A DNA stretch of 64,000 nucleotides. It comes from the human T2T-CHM13v2.0 reference genome, Homo sapiens. Below the pieces are notes generated by a model. It did not search any database. It was not told the origin of the DNA and saw only the letters and a list, made by a program, of their open reading frames with translations. Below are positions 1 through 12,749 of the stretch, piece by piece. Location of the stretch: NCBI RefSeq assembly GCF_009914755.1, contig NC_060935.1; one strand, given 5' to 3'. Both the position numbers and the translations under genes were made by a program. Position 1 is the first letter of the stretch, and each line of letters begins with the position of its first letter.

Positions 1-60
1 ATTATGACGTGAGGCCAACTGCAGGGCCTCCCCATGCCAGCCCAGGGACCAGCTGCCTCA

Positions 61-215
61 AGATCACGTGAGAAGTGGTCTTAAAATGCAGGTTCCTGGG
101 CCCCACTCTGAAATGCCTTCTTCAGTGAATGTGGAATAAGCTTCTAGAATCTGTGTTTGTAAAAGCTTCTGTTGAGTTTCCAGGTTTATAAACGACTGAG
201 TCAGAGGTTGTGGCT
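61..215. mobile_element. MER5A-like hAT-Charlie MITE, degenerate
   Basis: ttaaaatgcaggttcctgggccccactctg...gaatctgtgtttgtaaaagct resembles the MER5A core. Confidence 0.55.
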
Positions 216-324
216 CTTAGTAGGACTTTGAAATTAGCACAACGGAAGCAATGGTCTCTAAGTGTCTTTGTCTCATATCTCCCAGCTAATTTAGATGCTA
301 GTGACAAATTTTGAAGTATAACTG

Positions 325-1090
325 GGATCTGATCACTTCTCACCATCTCTATTGGCTGCCATCACTGTCCAAACTGCTATGATCTCCTGCCCAGACTACT
401 GCAGAGAGGCGGCATAGCATTGCAGGGCAAAGGCAGACGACCTGGGTTCAAAACCTGCCTCTATCTCTTTCTTAATCTCTCTGTGCCTCTGCACCTCAAC
501 TGTGAAGTGGAGATACTAAAAGGTGTCTTTTGTTGTTGTAAGCATTATTTGAGTTAATATATGATAATACATGACATAGTAAGCCCTCAATAAATAATGT
601 AGATAATTATAGAGTGGTATCCTAGCTGATGTCTATTTCTAGCCTTTTGAGTCATTTCCCACCCAGCTACTAGAGACATTTAAAAATGTAAATCAGATGA
701 TGTCACTGTCTAAATCGCCAACTGTTTCAAATCCCCCATCAGGCTCAGGATGAAATCCAAAGACCTCTCTATAGTCTATGAGCCCTTACTCACCTATCGC
801 CCACTCTTTCCCTTAAAGACTTTGTTCTAGCCAGATTGGCTTTCTTGCTATTTCACAAACACACCAAGAGCCTCCTGGTCCCTGGATCTGTGCATTAGCT
901 CTACCTGTTTATGGCCTGACATTATATTATATATTTGTTTAAACTGTCTGTCTCCCCAACTAGATTGGAAATCCCATGAGGGCAGAGAATATACATCTCT
1001 TGTTCACTTTCCTATCCCCAATGCCTAGAACAGTGCCTGGAACATAGCAGGCACCTGGTAGATATTTGCTGGGTGAAGGAATGAATGAGC
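325..1090 (+). mobile_element. L2 LINE 3' fragment interrupted by a MIR
   Basis: L2-type ccagactactgca, aaatgtaaatcagatgatgtcact, and 3' end cccatgagggcagag...cctagaacagtgcctggaacatagcaggcac...gaaggaatgaatga. Confidence 0.75.
404..600 (+). mobile_element. MIR SINE nested in L2
   Basis: gcagacgacctgggttcaaaacctgcctct...ctctctgtgcctc...gtaagccctcaataaata. Confidence 0.7.
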
Positions 1091-2779
1091 CCATACCCTG
1101 TTCCTCCCACCTGCCCTTGCCTTCCAGCTTGTGAGCTCTCACTTGCTTCTTTTTTGCTTCGACCTCTCCCAGCTCAGACTGCTCTGTGGTGGGTGGTCTG
1201 AGCTCTGTAGTTTATCAAGGCATAGGGGATTATTTTCCTGGAAATTATAACTGGAAATATACATTGGTGTTGTGCTATGTTGTATACGCTAATAAATGAC
1301 ATGGAGGAGTAAATATTTCTGGAGATTCAAGTTGTCCAGCCAGGTCTTTTCTCTTCCCTGTCAAGAGGGAGGGGGTCATTTAATTACCCCCTTACTTCTC
1401 TCATAGCATCAGGGGCAGAAGGCTGCTGGAGATGTTACAAAGCTTCTATCGCACATCTGATTTTTAATTTGATCAATAAATCTCTCTCTCGAACCTGGCC
1501 ATCTGTATTTAATGTATCCTGGGAGTGGGCTAATTAAGCACTGAATTAGATGGCCTCTTCATAGACAGCTTATGGTCTAGATTTTTCCCTGCGACCCATG
1601 GAATTTCTTCCCATAGGAAATAAATTTGAGCTCAGTTCCTTGAGCCGTGAGAGAGCAGATACCAGTCATTCATTTTCCTGTTTTCCTCCTTTGCTTGTGC
1701 CAACTTCTTAGCCTTCCTCTCCTGTCATTACTTCTCTTAGGCTGTTGCTTAACCCCCTAAAGCTTGCATTAGCAGAATCAAAATCATACTATTAATCCAT
1801 CTCATGGTTGTGGTCAAGATTCAAGGTGCCACTCTGGTAAGTTTTTATCATACAGAGTGCATAGGGTGATATACAAAAGTATTTACTCACTAATGTGTCC
1901 AGTTGGTCAATCTGAGCACTGCTGGCAGGGGGCTAGGGCAGGTTGGTCAGCCTGCAGTTATTGGAGTCTGGGGAGGCCTGAGGGGGCCTAGAGGTAGGGT
2001 GGGTGGTCAAGTGATAGGAGACTTTGTTGGGCTCTGTGAGCTGATGTTTATAACTAGCATGATGTATTTCAATATCATAACAATGGGCATGGCTCTACTG
2101 CAGAGTTCTGGCTAATAGTCAGCTGGCCCTGGTGCCTAGCTCCTTCGAGCCACCCACCTGCCCCCCGGGACATGCATGTCAGACACCAAAGAATGAAGAG
2201 GCTCCAGCACATGTGCTGCCATTGTGGTTTTGGCTCTCTTGACTTCCGTTTCTTGTTTCTGGTTTTGTCCTACATCTGCCTTACCTGCTATCAACCTTCT
2301 GATTTACTCTCCCACCTGGGTTGGATTTGACACTCAGCATCACTCTATGGCCATAGGCCTGTCTTCTCTGGACAAGTGGGTCTGGTTCTCCATCCAGGCT
2401 CTAGGACTTCAGGCCACTTCATCCAGATACCCCTTTTGTTTGTCCTGGTCCTGGGGCCCTCCACCCACCAGCTCTAAATTTCCAGGCTTATCTGGTCTCA
2501 TGAACAAGAAAGATCTCTGCTTGTTCAAGCCTCGCTAGTTGTCCAAGTCAAAGTCCACCTTGAAACCTGCCTCTTCTGAAGAGTTTTCTCTGCCATCCCC
2601 AATTGTGTAAATGGAAAAAAACAAAACAAACAAACAGAAAACCCAGCTACCACCCCCTGCAAATGCTATGTAGTCCAAGGCAGGACGTGATTTGTGGTAG
2701 ACATAAATGCTCCAGGAGTTCAGGAGAGGGGAGCAGATGCGGAGCCTGGGATTTTAAAGAGTTAGGCAGATTTTAAAGA

Positions 2780-2925
2780 GTGACTCTTGGTTCTGCTGCT
2801 TATTGGTAGTGTCATTTTGGGCAAGCTGAACTTGGTGAGCTCTGTCGTTTCCTTCTCTATGAAACGGAGGCTCCTTGTGAGGGTTAAATCAAACAACATT
2901 TGTAAAATGTGTAGCACAGGTGTTA
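2780..2925 (+). mobile_element. MIR fragment
   Basis: ttgggcaag...tttccttctctatgaaacgg...ttgtgagggttaaat MIR core. Confidence 0.6.
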
Positions 2926-2979
2926 AAAAAATGGTGCCTGGCTGCCTGTTGTCCCATGTCCCATTCTGGTTTCTTCCAT

Positions 2980-3225
2980 GAGAGGCAGTGTGGTATGGTG
3001 GCAAGAGGATAGGCTTTGGAATCCCGACAGATCAGAGTTCACCTGCTTATTCCTTGATCAAAGAGCTGTGAGACTCTGAGTAAGTTACACGTCCTTCTGA
3101 GTCCCATGTTGGTAGGACAGGGCCACTCCCACTTTCCCCAGGGAGCTTGTGGGATTACTTAATGAGATAAAGGGTGCCAAGTGCCCAGGACAATGGCTGG
3201 TATACAGTAGGCATCCCACGGTGCT
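2980..3225 (+). mobile_element. MIR SINE
   Basis: gaggcagtgtggtatggtgg...ggctttggaatc...ctgtgagactctgagtaagttac...aatgagataa. Confidence 0.65.
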
Positions 3226-3984
3226 GGTTCCCTCTCTTTCCTCTCTTCTCATTGATGAGCAATTTGTGGTCACAGTGATGGACAAAGGAACATGGATCCA
3301 TTTATTTGATAAGGAGTAATTTTCTGTCCTTGTTTTGTTTTTCATTCTGGCATTAAGTTACTAGAGGAAACAGAATTATTGGAGAACTGTCTTATTTTCA
3401 GAAACATTAGATAAATTAGCTTACATATTCTGTTGTTTCTGAATATTGTGCAATAATTTATTTCCCTTCTTTGAAGACAGCGAGGGTGCCTGTTCCTATC
3501 CCCCAAAGGAAGGCTTTACGTTGTTCATGCTTGACGTGGTCTGCTCACCCTATTTACGCCTTGTTCAAATGAACTTGTTTTAATACAATTTTAATTGTTT
3601 TTAATGCTTTAAATTAATTATAGCCATTTCAGTGGCTCCTCTGTGTCTTTGCTATTTCTCTGTTTCATCTCCATGGCAACCTTTCTTACAAAAATGAGGG
3701 TGTCTGTGTGTGCACATATGCCTTTTCTGTTCTGAATGTTGACTTCAGTTTGCTTTTAAACTCTGTAATAACTCCAGGGAGAAGGATTCAGGGATACTAG
3801 CAAGTGAAAGTTGTTTATTGTTTTACACTTGGGAACAATGTCTGGCTTAGAACGTCAATGGTGACCTCTGCTCCGCTCGTTCCCCCCGGCAACCCATCTC
3901 TCCATCTTCTCGGCCTGTGAGCAGCTTAGAAGGATGGTGTGGGGTTAATGCGGGGACTACTTAGTGCACTGTTCAGAATTAATA

Positions 3985-4230
3985 AATTAATATTCATTGA
4001 ACTCTTTTTTGTGCCAGACACGGCTCCTTACCAATGTTAGTTGATTTGATCCTTGCAGCCACCTTGGGAGTCTGGAGTTATTATTCTCACTTTACAGATG
4101 AAGAAAAGGCACACAGAGGTTAAATAGCTCAGCCAAAATTGCTCAGCTGGTGAGTGGTATGACCAGAGTTTGATCTCAAGTTTTTCTGATGCGAAATGAC
4201 AGATTCTTTTCACTCTATCACAATGCTCTG
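3985..4230 (-). mobile_element. MIR SINE
   Basis: attattctcactttacagatgaagaaaaggcacacagaggttaaatagc, the reverse MIR core. Confidence 0.8.
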
Positions 4231-4264
4231 TCCCTTCGCGAAGATGGGCTCTTGGACTTGTTTT

Positions 4265-4530
4265 GTCCTTTAGAGCCTGTCCAAAATCCCCTGTCTTCTT
4301 GAAGGCTTCCTGATAAACCAACAAGCCCCATCGATCCCTCCTATGATCCCTGGTGGCTTTGTTCTTGGTTCTCTTTGGCCCCTTCCCCGCATGGGTATCA
4401 TTTGCATTCACCCCTAGGCTTTTCCTAGAAGCAAATTAAGGGCAGACTGGTGAGTCTTGTCATCCTTTTATGAGATTTGTGCTCAGCACAAGGCTTTGCA
4501 CCAGGTGGGTACTTAGTACATATTGAACCA
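4265..4530 (+). mobile_element. L2 3' fragment, degenerate
   Basis: cttcttgaaggcttcctga...agggcagac...gctcagcacaaggc...gtgggtacttagtacatattgaa. Confidence 0.5.
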
Positions 4531-6244
4531 ATTTGGGGAAAACTGCAGAAGAAAAAGCAGATGGATATCCTCTATTGAAAAAATGATAGTGGTTATTCTC
4601 TCAACCCCTGTTTTGCTGGCCTGTGTAGATGCTGGGTTCTATATTCAGGCATGCCTGGGAAAGCAGGGTAGAATTCAATCAGGCACATTGTAAAATTAGC
4701 TCATTTCCTGCATGCAGGGGCTTTGGGGCTCTTGCCTTTGAAGCACCTGAGACTGTCACCTGCCATTTCATTAGCTCTGGCAAGACTTGGGGCAGAAGCC
4801 ATCTAACTCAGGAAATGGCAGGAGGGCCAGGTTTCTCAGGTTTGGGCTGTTCAGGCAGGAAAGGGAATGGAAGACTAATAGAAAAAGCTATCAGAGGCAG
4901 AAGTGGGAGGCTTGGAGCCAGGTGTATCCTTCCTTCCTTTCCTCTGGAACCCTATGGACTCCCTGAATAGGCACCATCAAGATCCCAAAAGGAAAGTAGG
5001 AGGATTTTAAAGACAAGCAGAGCTATATGAGGAGATGAGGCTGTAACGTGGTAATTTGAACCATTATTCTGGCACATACATCCCAGTTGGCATGTCCCCA
5101 ATCCCTTCTCCTCCCAGCCTGAGGCCATGCACCTATTCTCTGGTGGCTGCCTTGCTCAGCACGGAAGTTAGAGCTTCTCCGTGGGAACAGCCTTCAGTAC
5201 CCAGCTGGTTTATGAACTGGGAAGCAGGCAGTCCCATTGCCCTGGTGCTACACCTCATAAAGTGTCCCTGCTCCCCTCAGCATGTGGTCACTGGGCCCCC
5301 AGCCTCCACGCCTCTGTGAACCTCTTGCCTGCTCACCGCGGTCAGCCTGAACACATGCACACAACTGGAGCTCCCCCAGTGTTTGCTGCTGGTGGGCCTG
5401 GTGAATTGTTTGGGTCCCTAGTGATGACGTGGAATTCATCAGCAGTTTTCTCCACTAGTGTCCCTGGAGCCAAGTTCTGCACTTGGATTCATGGCCCGGG
5501 GTGGCTTCTGCTCCGGGAGGGCTGTGCTTTGTCTTCTCTGCTCCTCTACATGGAATGTTACACTTCTTGACTCAGAGAGACTACCCTTTGGGCTGGATCT
5601 TGTGGAAATGGGCTGGCAGGGCTTTGTGGGGCTGACATTTGCTGGCTGGTACTATCCTGTTACTACCCTGGCCTGGGCAGCTTCTCTGTCTTTCCTGTCA
5701 AGAGTGAGTCATGTTAATTAGCGGTTCAATTTCCTTGAAGGGAAGGCTGATCAGTGACTCTGCCCTCATCACCTCATGTTTTGTACTTGAGTAGTGTCCA
5801 ACGAACCTGGCATCCTGGGGCATCTGGATGGGTACTCAAGGTCAAATTCAGCGGCTTTGCCCAGAAAGAATATTTGGGAGAATTTTTTTTTTTCTGCAGG
5901 TCAGGGCATGGCATGGAATAGACTTCTTGAATTCTGTGATCTATCAACACCCTTTCCAGTATCTACTCCATCCAATGCCAGCGGGACAATTTCCTCATCA
6001 GCCAGTTGTGCCTAGATGTTGCTTGTGAAGCTATCTGGGTCATCTCAGCCTCAGGGCCCTTTGCACAATTAACTACTCAGCAGATGGCAGAAAGTATGGT
6101 TTTAGGAAGATTCTCTCCGAGGCTATGGTAGGGAAGGAAGAGGGATGTCCTGTTGGTGTTTCTGCTTCTCTCTGTCTCTGCAAATGCTTGAGGAAAAAGA
6201 AAATTCTGGTCCCATGAGGCTGTGTGAAGGCACACTGTGCCATT

Positions 6245-6950
6245 TCTGCACAGAAACAAGCAAGCATATATTCACAGAGAGAAGCGGACACAAAAGCACA
6301 CCCTAGCACATATACAAGGTCACATACACAAGCACATACACTACAACACAAGCATACGCACACACACCAGCACACACACATGAGCATACACACAAACATA
6401 TACAGGTACACATACCAGCACACACTGGCATATATACACAGGCAAACATGCACACAAGCATACATGCTAACACACAAACATAAGTATACGCACAAACATA
6501 CACACAAACACACATTCATCAGCACACATATGCAAACACACAAATACATACACAAGCACACACACATACACAAGCACACACAGAAGCACCCACACATGCC
6601 AGCACATGCACAAGCATATACGCACACATCCCAGAATACATACACAGCACATACACAACATACAGACACAGCAGTACACATACACAAGCGCACACAGAAG
6701 CACACACACACAGGCACACATATATAAGTCCACAAGCACTCACATAAGCACACATGCAAGCACATATGCAAATGTACACAGAAGCACACACACACACAAC
6801 CCCACAAGCATGCACACACACAAGCACACACGGAAGCATATACATCCACACTGGCACACATACACAAGCACACACACACACCAGCAGACATGTAAGCATA
6901 TACATCCACACTGGCACACATACACAAGCACACACACACAAGCACACATG
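6245..6950. repeat. ~700 bp degenerate (CA)n / CACAAGCA low-complexity tract
   Basis: Directly visible alternating purine-pyrimidine tract; source of the Cys/Val- and His/Thr-rich pseudo-ORFs. Confidence 0.95.
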
Positions 6951-7521
6951 CTCAGTGCCTCAGCACTAACCCTCCCTTAAGGATGACCTCTGGTTGCTCA
7001 GGCCACCAGTGGGTGAAGGGCGAAGAGCCAATGGCCTATGGCCTCTTTAGTCCCATGAAGACCTAAACCTGCTTAGGCCCAAGGTGATCAGCAGACAGAA
7101 ACTCAAAGGGAGGAGCTGCCCCCACCCCTGAATACAGGGGACAGGACCAGATCAGGGCAAACCTGGGATGAGAGGGGGCTACACTTGGGGTTTCCTCGCA
7201 CCTTCCCTTTCAGAACCTTCCTCCCCACAAAACTTCATTCATTTAGTGCTGGGCTCCATGGGGTCACAAAAGGGCACATACAAAGCAGAAACTTGTGCCC
7301 AGGTCATTTTGTCACCCCCAGTTTTATGTGATAATGGCCTTTACAATTGCCAGGAAACATGAAGATCTATGCTTGGCCCTCATCCCTTCTCTGAGGCCTT
7401 GTCCCTCCCTTGACCTGCACTTCATCCTACGTGCAAACGCCATCCTTGCCGCTTGCCCTTGGGGTGAGTCTCAGGACAGGGTGAGGGATGAAGAGAGGGC
7501 CAGGGATGGGCTGAAAGCTCA

Positions 7522-7647
7522 GGAGTGGCCACACATCCAATTTGCTTGGGACAGTCACAATTTACTCCTTGTTTTGGCTTAATGGCTAATAGCACTCTCT
7601 TTCATTCTCAAAAGTGTCCTAATTTGGATAAGTTATATGATCACCCA
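7522..7647 (-). mobile_element. MER81/MER94-type hAT-Blackjack MITE
   Basis: tttgcttgggacagtc...atagcactctctttcattctcaaaagtgtcctaatttggata...tatgatcaccc matches the reverse of the ...GGACACTTTTGAGAGTGAAAG... consensus. Confidence 0.65.
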
Positions 7648-8334
7648 ATTTAAAGCCCTCTTTACTTGCCATTGATTTGCAGAACTTGCTTTTATGCTAT
7701 CTTGGGATGTTCCCATATGAAAAAGGCTGCTGTGGAATACTTCATAACCAGGGGCAGGGCCCAGCTAAGGTAGGGAAGATGGAGGCATGGGTACAATTGA
7801 CCTCAGGACAGTCCTGGCGACCCTCTCTAGCTCTAGGAGTTCCCTGTCTTGGAAGCAATTTTATTTTCATAGGAAATTCTTGAAGAATCTTCCCCACTAT
7901 CCTCTAGGTGCTAGAGAACCTAGGCTGGCTGTTGGGTACTTTGGGCTCAGCCTCCTGACCCCATTGCCTTCACCAGGCAGCCAGCTATCCAAGGGCCCTA
8001 GGAGATTACATTTGCAGGCAACCCGCGAGCTGGGGTCTTGACCTCTGTGTGGGATGTCAGGTCCAGCTGGGGCTGCTGTGGGTGGAGTTCTGGGTCTGCG
8101 CAGAGAAACAAGACAGGTAGTTTTTCTCCCATAATTCACAGCTTTGCCGCAGCAGAGCTGTCTGCTCTACCATGTTAATAGGAAATAAACACATTGTTTT
8201 GTTGTGTTTGATACCGTGTTAGGCTGGAGTCTTTGAGGGCTGTTTAAAATTTAATAAGTTAGAATAAAATAAGGAGGAAAAAATATTCCTCTGGGGCATC
8301 TGGCTGCACCAGATTTGCTAATTCTGCTCTGCAT

Positions 8335-8374
8335 CTCAGCAGTAGATAGTAGACTCAGCAGTAGATAGTAGACT
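8335..8374. repeat. 19-bp perfect tandem duplication CTCAGCAGTAGATAGTAGA
   Basis: 8335-8353 = 8354-8372. Confidence 0.95.
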
Positions 8375-8711
8375 TGTTCTTTGACTATAGAAATAGACCC
8401 ACCATTGGGAATGCCAGCTGATTGTGGCTCAGGTGGGAGCCAATGCAGCTCAGAGAAGGAGGGTTTCTAGGAAGCCCTGAATAATTTTGGTTCCCTGGAG
8501 GGCCCTGATATCCACCTATGGTCTTACCAATTTTTTAAGCAGACTTTTATGGAGCACCTACTGTATGCCAGGCAGTGCTAGGTGCTGGGACTAGAGATGA
8601 GAAAAGTGTGGGTCTATGCTTAAGGAGATCACAGACTGGAATCACACAATTACAATGCAGTATGAGTGAGCACCAGGTGTGCAGGAGTAAACAATAGAGG
8701 TTCCCATGGAG

Positions 8712-9146
8712 TACTCCGTGATACACTGCAGAGAGCCCTCTTGGGAACAAAGGACATAGTCCCCAGCTGCTGGAAGTGCTTCAGGCAGAGGCAGAGGGAG
8801 TGCCTTCAGCTGTCAGAACTCTGTAGAGATTTCCTTTTTTGAAGATCATCCCCAAGCTGGTGCTCCCTTCTGGGGCAGCTTGTATCCAATTACTGATGGG
8901 TGTGGGTGTGTAAGGCCCAACCTCCTTGCACCAACTTGGACAACTCTGGAGAGTCATTCAAGCCTCAGAAACCCCATAAGTCAGCTGAGGCCTGTTGGGA
9001 GCTGCCTCATAGCTCAACTTCTTCCTCTGCCCAATCCCCCTTCCTTCCCTTCCACAGGTGTTGATTGCAAGAGCACTCTATAAGAAATATTCTGCACATT
9101 AATCTCTGTCTCAGACTCTGCTTCCTGGGGGACCCAATCTGCAGCA
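8712..9146 (+). mobile_element. LTR16-family (ERVL) solo LTR
   Basis: 3' end cccttccacaggtgttgattgcaagagcactc...ctgcacattaatctctgtctcagactctgcttcctgggggacccaatctgcagca is typical of LTR16. Confidence 0.75.
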
Positions 9147-9890
9147 GCACCTAACATGGTCAATGTTGTTTAGGGAAAGCCTCCTAGAGGAAATGCCTTC
9201 TAGGCTGAAATCTGAAGGATGAGTGAGAGTCAGCCTGGTGACAGCTGTAGATCTGAGGGGAAGAGTATTTTTTGCAAATAGAGAAAGGGAGTGTATATAG
9301 TCTGATAGGCAAAAGGGAGCAGGGCATACTATGGTGGAGAATGGCACAGTAGGAGGCTTGGGGTTCTTTTGAGTTGTGATAGGGGCTTGGGTTTTATTTT
9401 AAAGGCATTGCAATATCACTGAAGGGTTTTAAGTAGGAGGGGTGATGCAGTTGATTTATTTCTTTATAAAAAGAGAATCTCAATAGGAGGCGCATGAAGA
9501 CAGAAGCAAGAAGACCAGCTAAGAAAGCTGTTATAGTAACTTAGAAGAGAGATGATAGTGGCCTAACTCGAGTAGATGGAGGGAGGTGGATGGATATAAG
9601 ATATTTACTAAGGAAAAGGATCAGTTGTCAGGAACCGATGACAGATGGAATATGGAGGGAGAAGGAGGCAAGGATGATGTTTGAGTTTCTGGCTTTAGTA
9701 ACTGTGAGGATGCTGCTGCCATTTAGTGAGGTGAGGAGAAAGTGGAGGAACAAATTTGGGAAGAGCATGATGGAGGGGAAAATGTGTTTGCTTCAGAAGT
9801 GCTGAAGTTACTTATCTTTGGGTGGGATATTCAAGTACAGAGCTGAGACATTTAGCTATCTGAATATAAAGCTTAAGAGAAAGAGCTGAA

Positions 9891-10421
9891 TTATTTATTT
9901 AGTTACCTATTGCTTATAATAAATTACCCTCAAGGCTTAGCAATTTAAAATAATAATAAATATTTATTATTTCACATTTCTGTGAATGAGGAAGAGGGCC
10001 TTAGCTTGGGGATCTCTCATGAGGTGGCAGTCAAAATGCTGGCCAGGGCTGCAGTCACCTGAAGGTTTGACTGGGCTGGGAAAAAGTGCTGTGCTTTTAA
10101 GATGGCTCACTAACATGTCTATCAAGTCGGTGCTGTCAGAAAAAGGCCTTAAATTCTCACCTCGTGGACCTCTCCATAGGGGTCTTTCGAGTGACTTCAT
10201 GACATGGCAGCTGGCTTCTTCCAGAGCAAGTGATCCAAGAAAGTAGGGAAGAAATGGCAATGTCTTTTACTGACCACACCTCAGAAGTCACACACCATCA
10301 CTTCCACCATATTCTATTGGTCACATGAACTGACCTTGATACAATGATGGACGGACTTTGCAAGGGTGTGAATACCAGGCTTCAAGGATGATTGAAGCCA
10401 TCTTTAAGACTGGCTACTGCA
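9891..10421 (-). mobile_element. MLT1 (F/G/H group) MaLR solo LTR
   Basis: aaattaccctcaaggcttagcaatttaaaa...gggctgcagtcacctgaagg...cagaagtcacacaccatcacttccaccatattctattgg...gactggctactgca. Confidence 0.8.
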
Positions 10422-12749
10422 GTTGGAGATATAGATTTGAAAATCATTAGCATTTAGATGATATTTGAAGTCTTGGTAATGGGAGAGATCACCTAACAGA
10501 AGTGGGTGCGATGAAAAGAGGAGGCATTAAGGACAGAGACCAGGGAGATACTGGCCTTGAAGGATAAGCAGAGGAAGAGAAGCCAGCAAAGAAGACTGAA
10601 GACAAGTGTGATCATGTGTCCAGGTGTGCCTGCAGTTTGTTCTGCTTTATGCCTGTTGGGCCCATGTGATAACTCTTCTGCTCCTTTGCACTCTCATAGT
10701 GCCCTGGGTTAGATGAAAACTGTATGGTCACCTCATGATAAAAAGCAGACAGAGCAGCAGTGGAAACCTGAGAGCAGCCAATATAATGATGGACATTTGA
10801 TACCATGATGAGGCGGTCATTGAAGATTTCAACAGCAGATGTTTGAGTTAGGGGCATAGAAACCAGGTTTCAGTGGATTGAGGTGGGTGAGAAATGAAAA
10901 AAGTATAGAGTTTTATTTTTAGAATGTTAACCAAGAAGTGAAGGGAGAAAATGGGGCCTTAAGAGTTTGTCGAGCCGTGGGAGAATTTTTCTTCTGAGAT
11001 GCCAGATACTAGAATGTATATAATTGATGAAGAACGAGACTCCAGTAGAGAGAGGAAGGATTTTTTTTTTAACCATCCAGGTTCCCCAAAGCAGGAAAAT
11101 AATCTGGAAGATAACTTTGGGGGCCTTGACGTCAAAATCAAGGTGCAGAAGCTGGTTAGAAAGGACTGGCAGCTATCTAAGACCCCTAAAGTTCCCAGGT
11201 TCACATCAGAGCCTGCCTGGTGATCAGTGGGGGCTTTCTACTCTGAAAGTCAATGTGACATTGCATCACAAGTTCTCCTGAGGTCAGGAGAGCCCCCTTT
11301 ACTGCTCACCTTCACACACCCTTTGGGCTGCTTTTCTGGGCCCCTTTTTGGAGATGCTCTTGCATTAGTGGCTGGCAGTGGAACAGCAGGACTGATGAAA
11401 GGTGAATTGGATGCCTGGTCTTGTGGGTTGGGATAGGGATGTTGGAGGTACCTTAGTTTGCATGTGCAGCAGAATGGAGCAAAGTAGTCCCTACCGCATT
11501 TCCAGTCATGGTAATGAGAGAAAATTAGAAGCACTGCTCCATTGTCCTAGACAGAACAGACAGAGGTATTTAAGGGCCCTTTGTAATGGATTGGTCCAGG
11601 AAGGAGAGAAATGATTCTTTATCATAAAAAGGTCAAGATTATTGTCTCAAGGAATAGAGTAAAAGTCATATAACTAAAATGAATATATGGTTTTCAATAG
11701 AAAATGAATTCTTGTGGCAGTGAGGTACATCTGCACTTCAGAAAATGACAAGGAAGCTGATGTAGCTAGTTCTGGGGAGAAGAGACCTATGTGCCTTTGA
11801 AGTACTCACATCTCTCCCTATGCCCAGGAGACGATAGTGGCTCCCCAAATCCCCAGGAGTGAGCAGGAGCCCAGATAGGGAATAGCTTCACTGAGACCCA
11901 GCTGAGAACTCCCATAAGAAAAGTTTCCACAAGAAAGGATTCAGGACTGGGGCTCTCCTTACATTTGGAAGGGGTGAGGGTTCCCAAGAGAGGAAAGGAG
12001 GGACCCTGAATGGTAAGGGCTTACAGAAAAGAGGATGGGGGAATGAGGATCAGCTAATAAAACTTCCGTGGGTGAGTCCTTGCCCTCACCTCCGCCATGT
12101 GGCATGATGGGCAAGTTAGGCAGCTAAAGTCTCCCCAGCTGCCTTCTGAATATACCAGGATACTTTCTGGGACCTTTTATTAAAGGAGAGCTGAACCCTT
12201 TATTGGAATAGAGGCTGTGTTCAGTTCTATGAAGATGGCCATGAGGTCCTGCAGGTGATGGGGCCATCCCTGTCTATTTCACCTGACACAGACGATGCCC
12301 TTGCTGCAGGGATGAGAAGCAAGGGTAGATTACACACAGAAGGTGATGCTCCCATCCTGAGAGGCCAGGAGGCCAGCTTCTTGGATAGCCTCTCCCCATA
12401 GATTTCTTCTTGGGCTCTGAACACACACAACACAACAAAGAGAAGTGCATCCCCTGTGGCACTGCAAGGACATTTAGGTCAGTGTCCAGATCCATAGAGG
12501 ACACATCTAGCAAATTGTGCATATGCTGAAATGAGTTCATGCTAGGCATTTGCAGCTCAGTACCTCTGGAGCGGGGCGGGACTGGGTTTGAGCTTGCCCA
12601 CCTCCTTTGCTCCTTGACTTTGGCTACACACGCAGGCACATAAATCCTCTGCCCTCTGGGTCTGGACAGATTGGTGGTCTCACCACATCTCCTAGAGGCT
12701 GCCCCAGAGCCCCAGTAGCATATTTCCTGCAAGGAGTTGACTCTTCCCA

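Larger units (their letters stand above)
8530..10940 (-). mobile_element. Long L2 remnant in three pieces (~8530-8710, ~9150-9890, ~10422-10940) split by two LTRs
   Basis: gagcacctactgtatgccaggcagtgctaggtgctggga (reverse L2 3' end); tgaaatctgaaggatgagt; cactgaagggttttaagtagg; ggagatatagatttga. Confidence 0.8.

Noticed and set aside
2100-2540. Possible ancient LTR
   Set aside because: Could not match a family or find termini
6073-6980. Long Cys/Val-rich and His/Thr-rich ORFs (up to 290 aa)
   Set aside because: Translations of the CA/TG repeat, open in nearly all frames; not metallothionein- or keratin-associated-like genes
6980-7020. CTCF-like words
   Set aside because: Several mismatches at core positions; expected by chance
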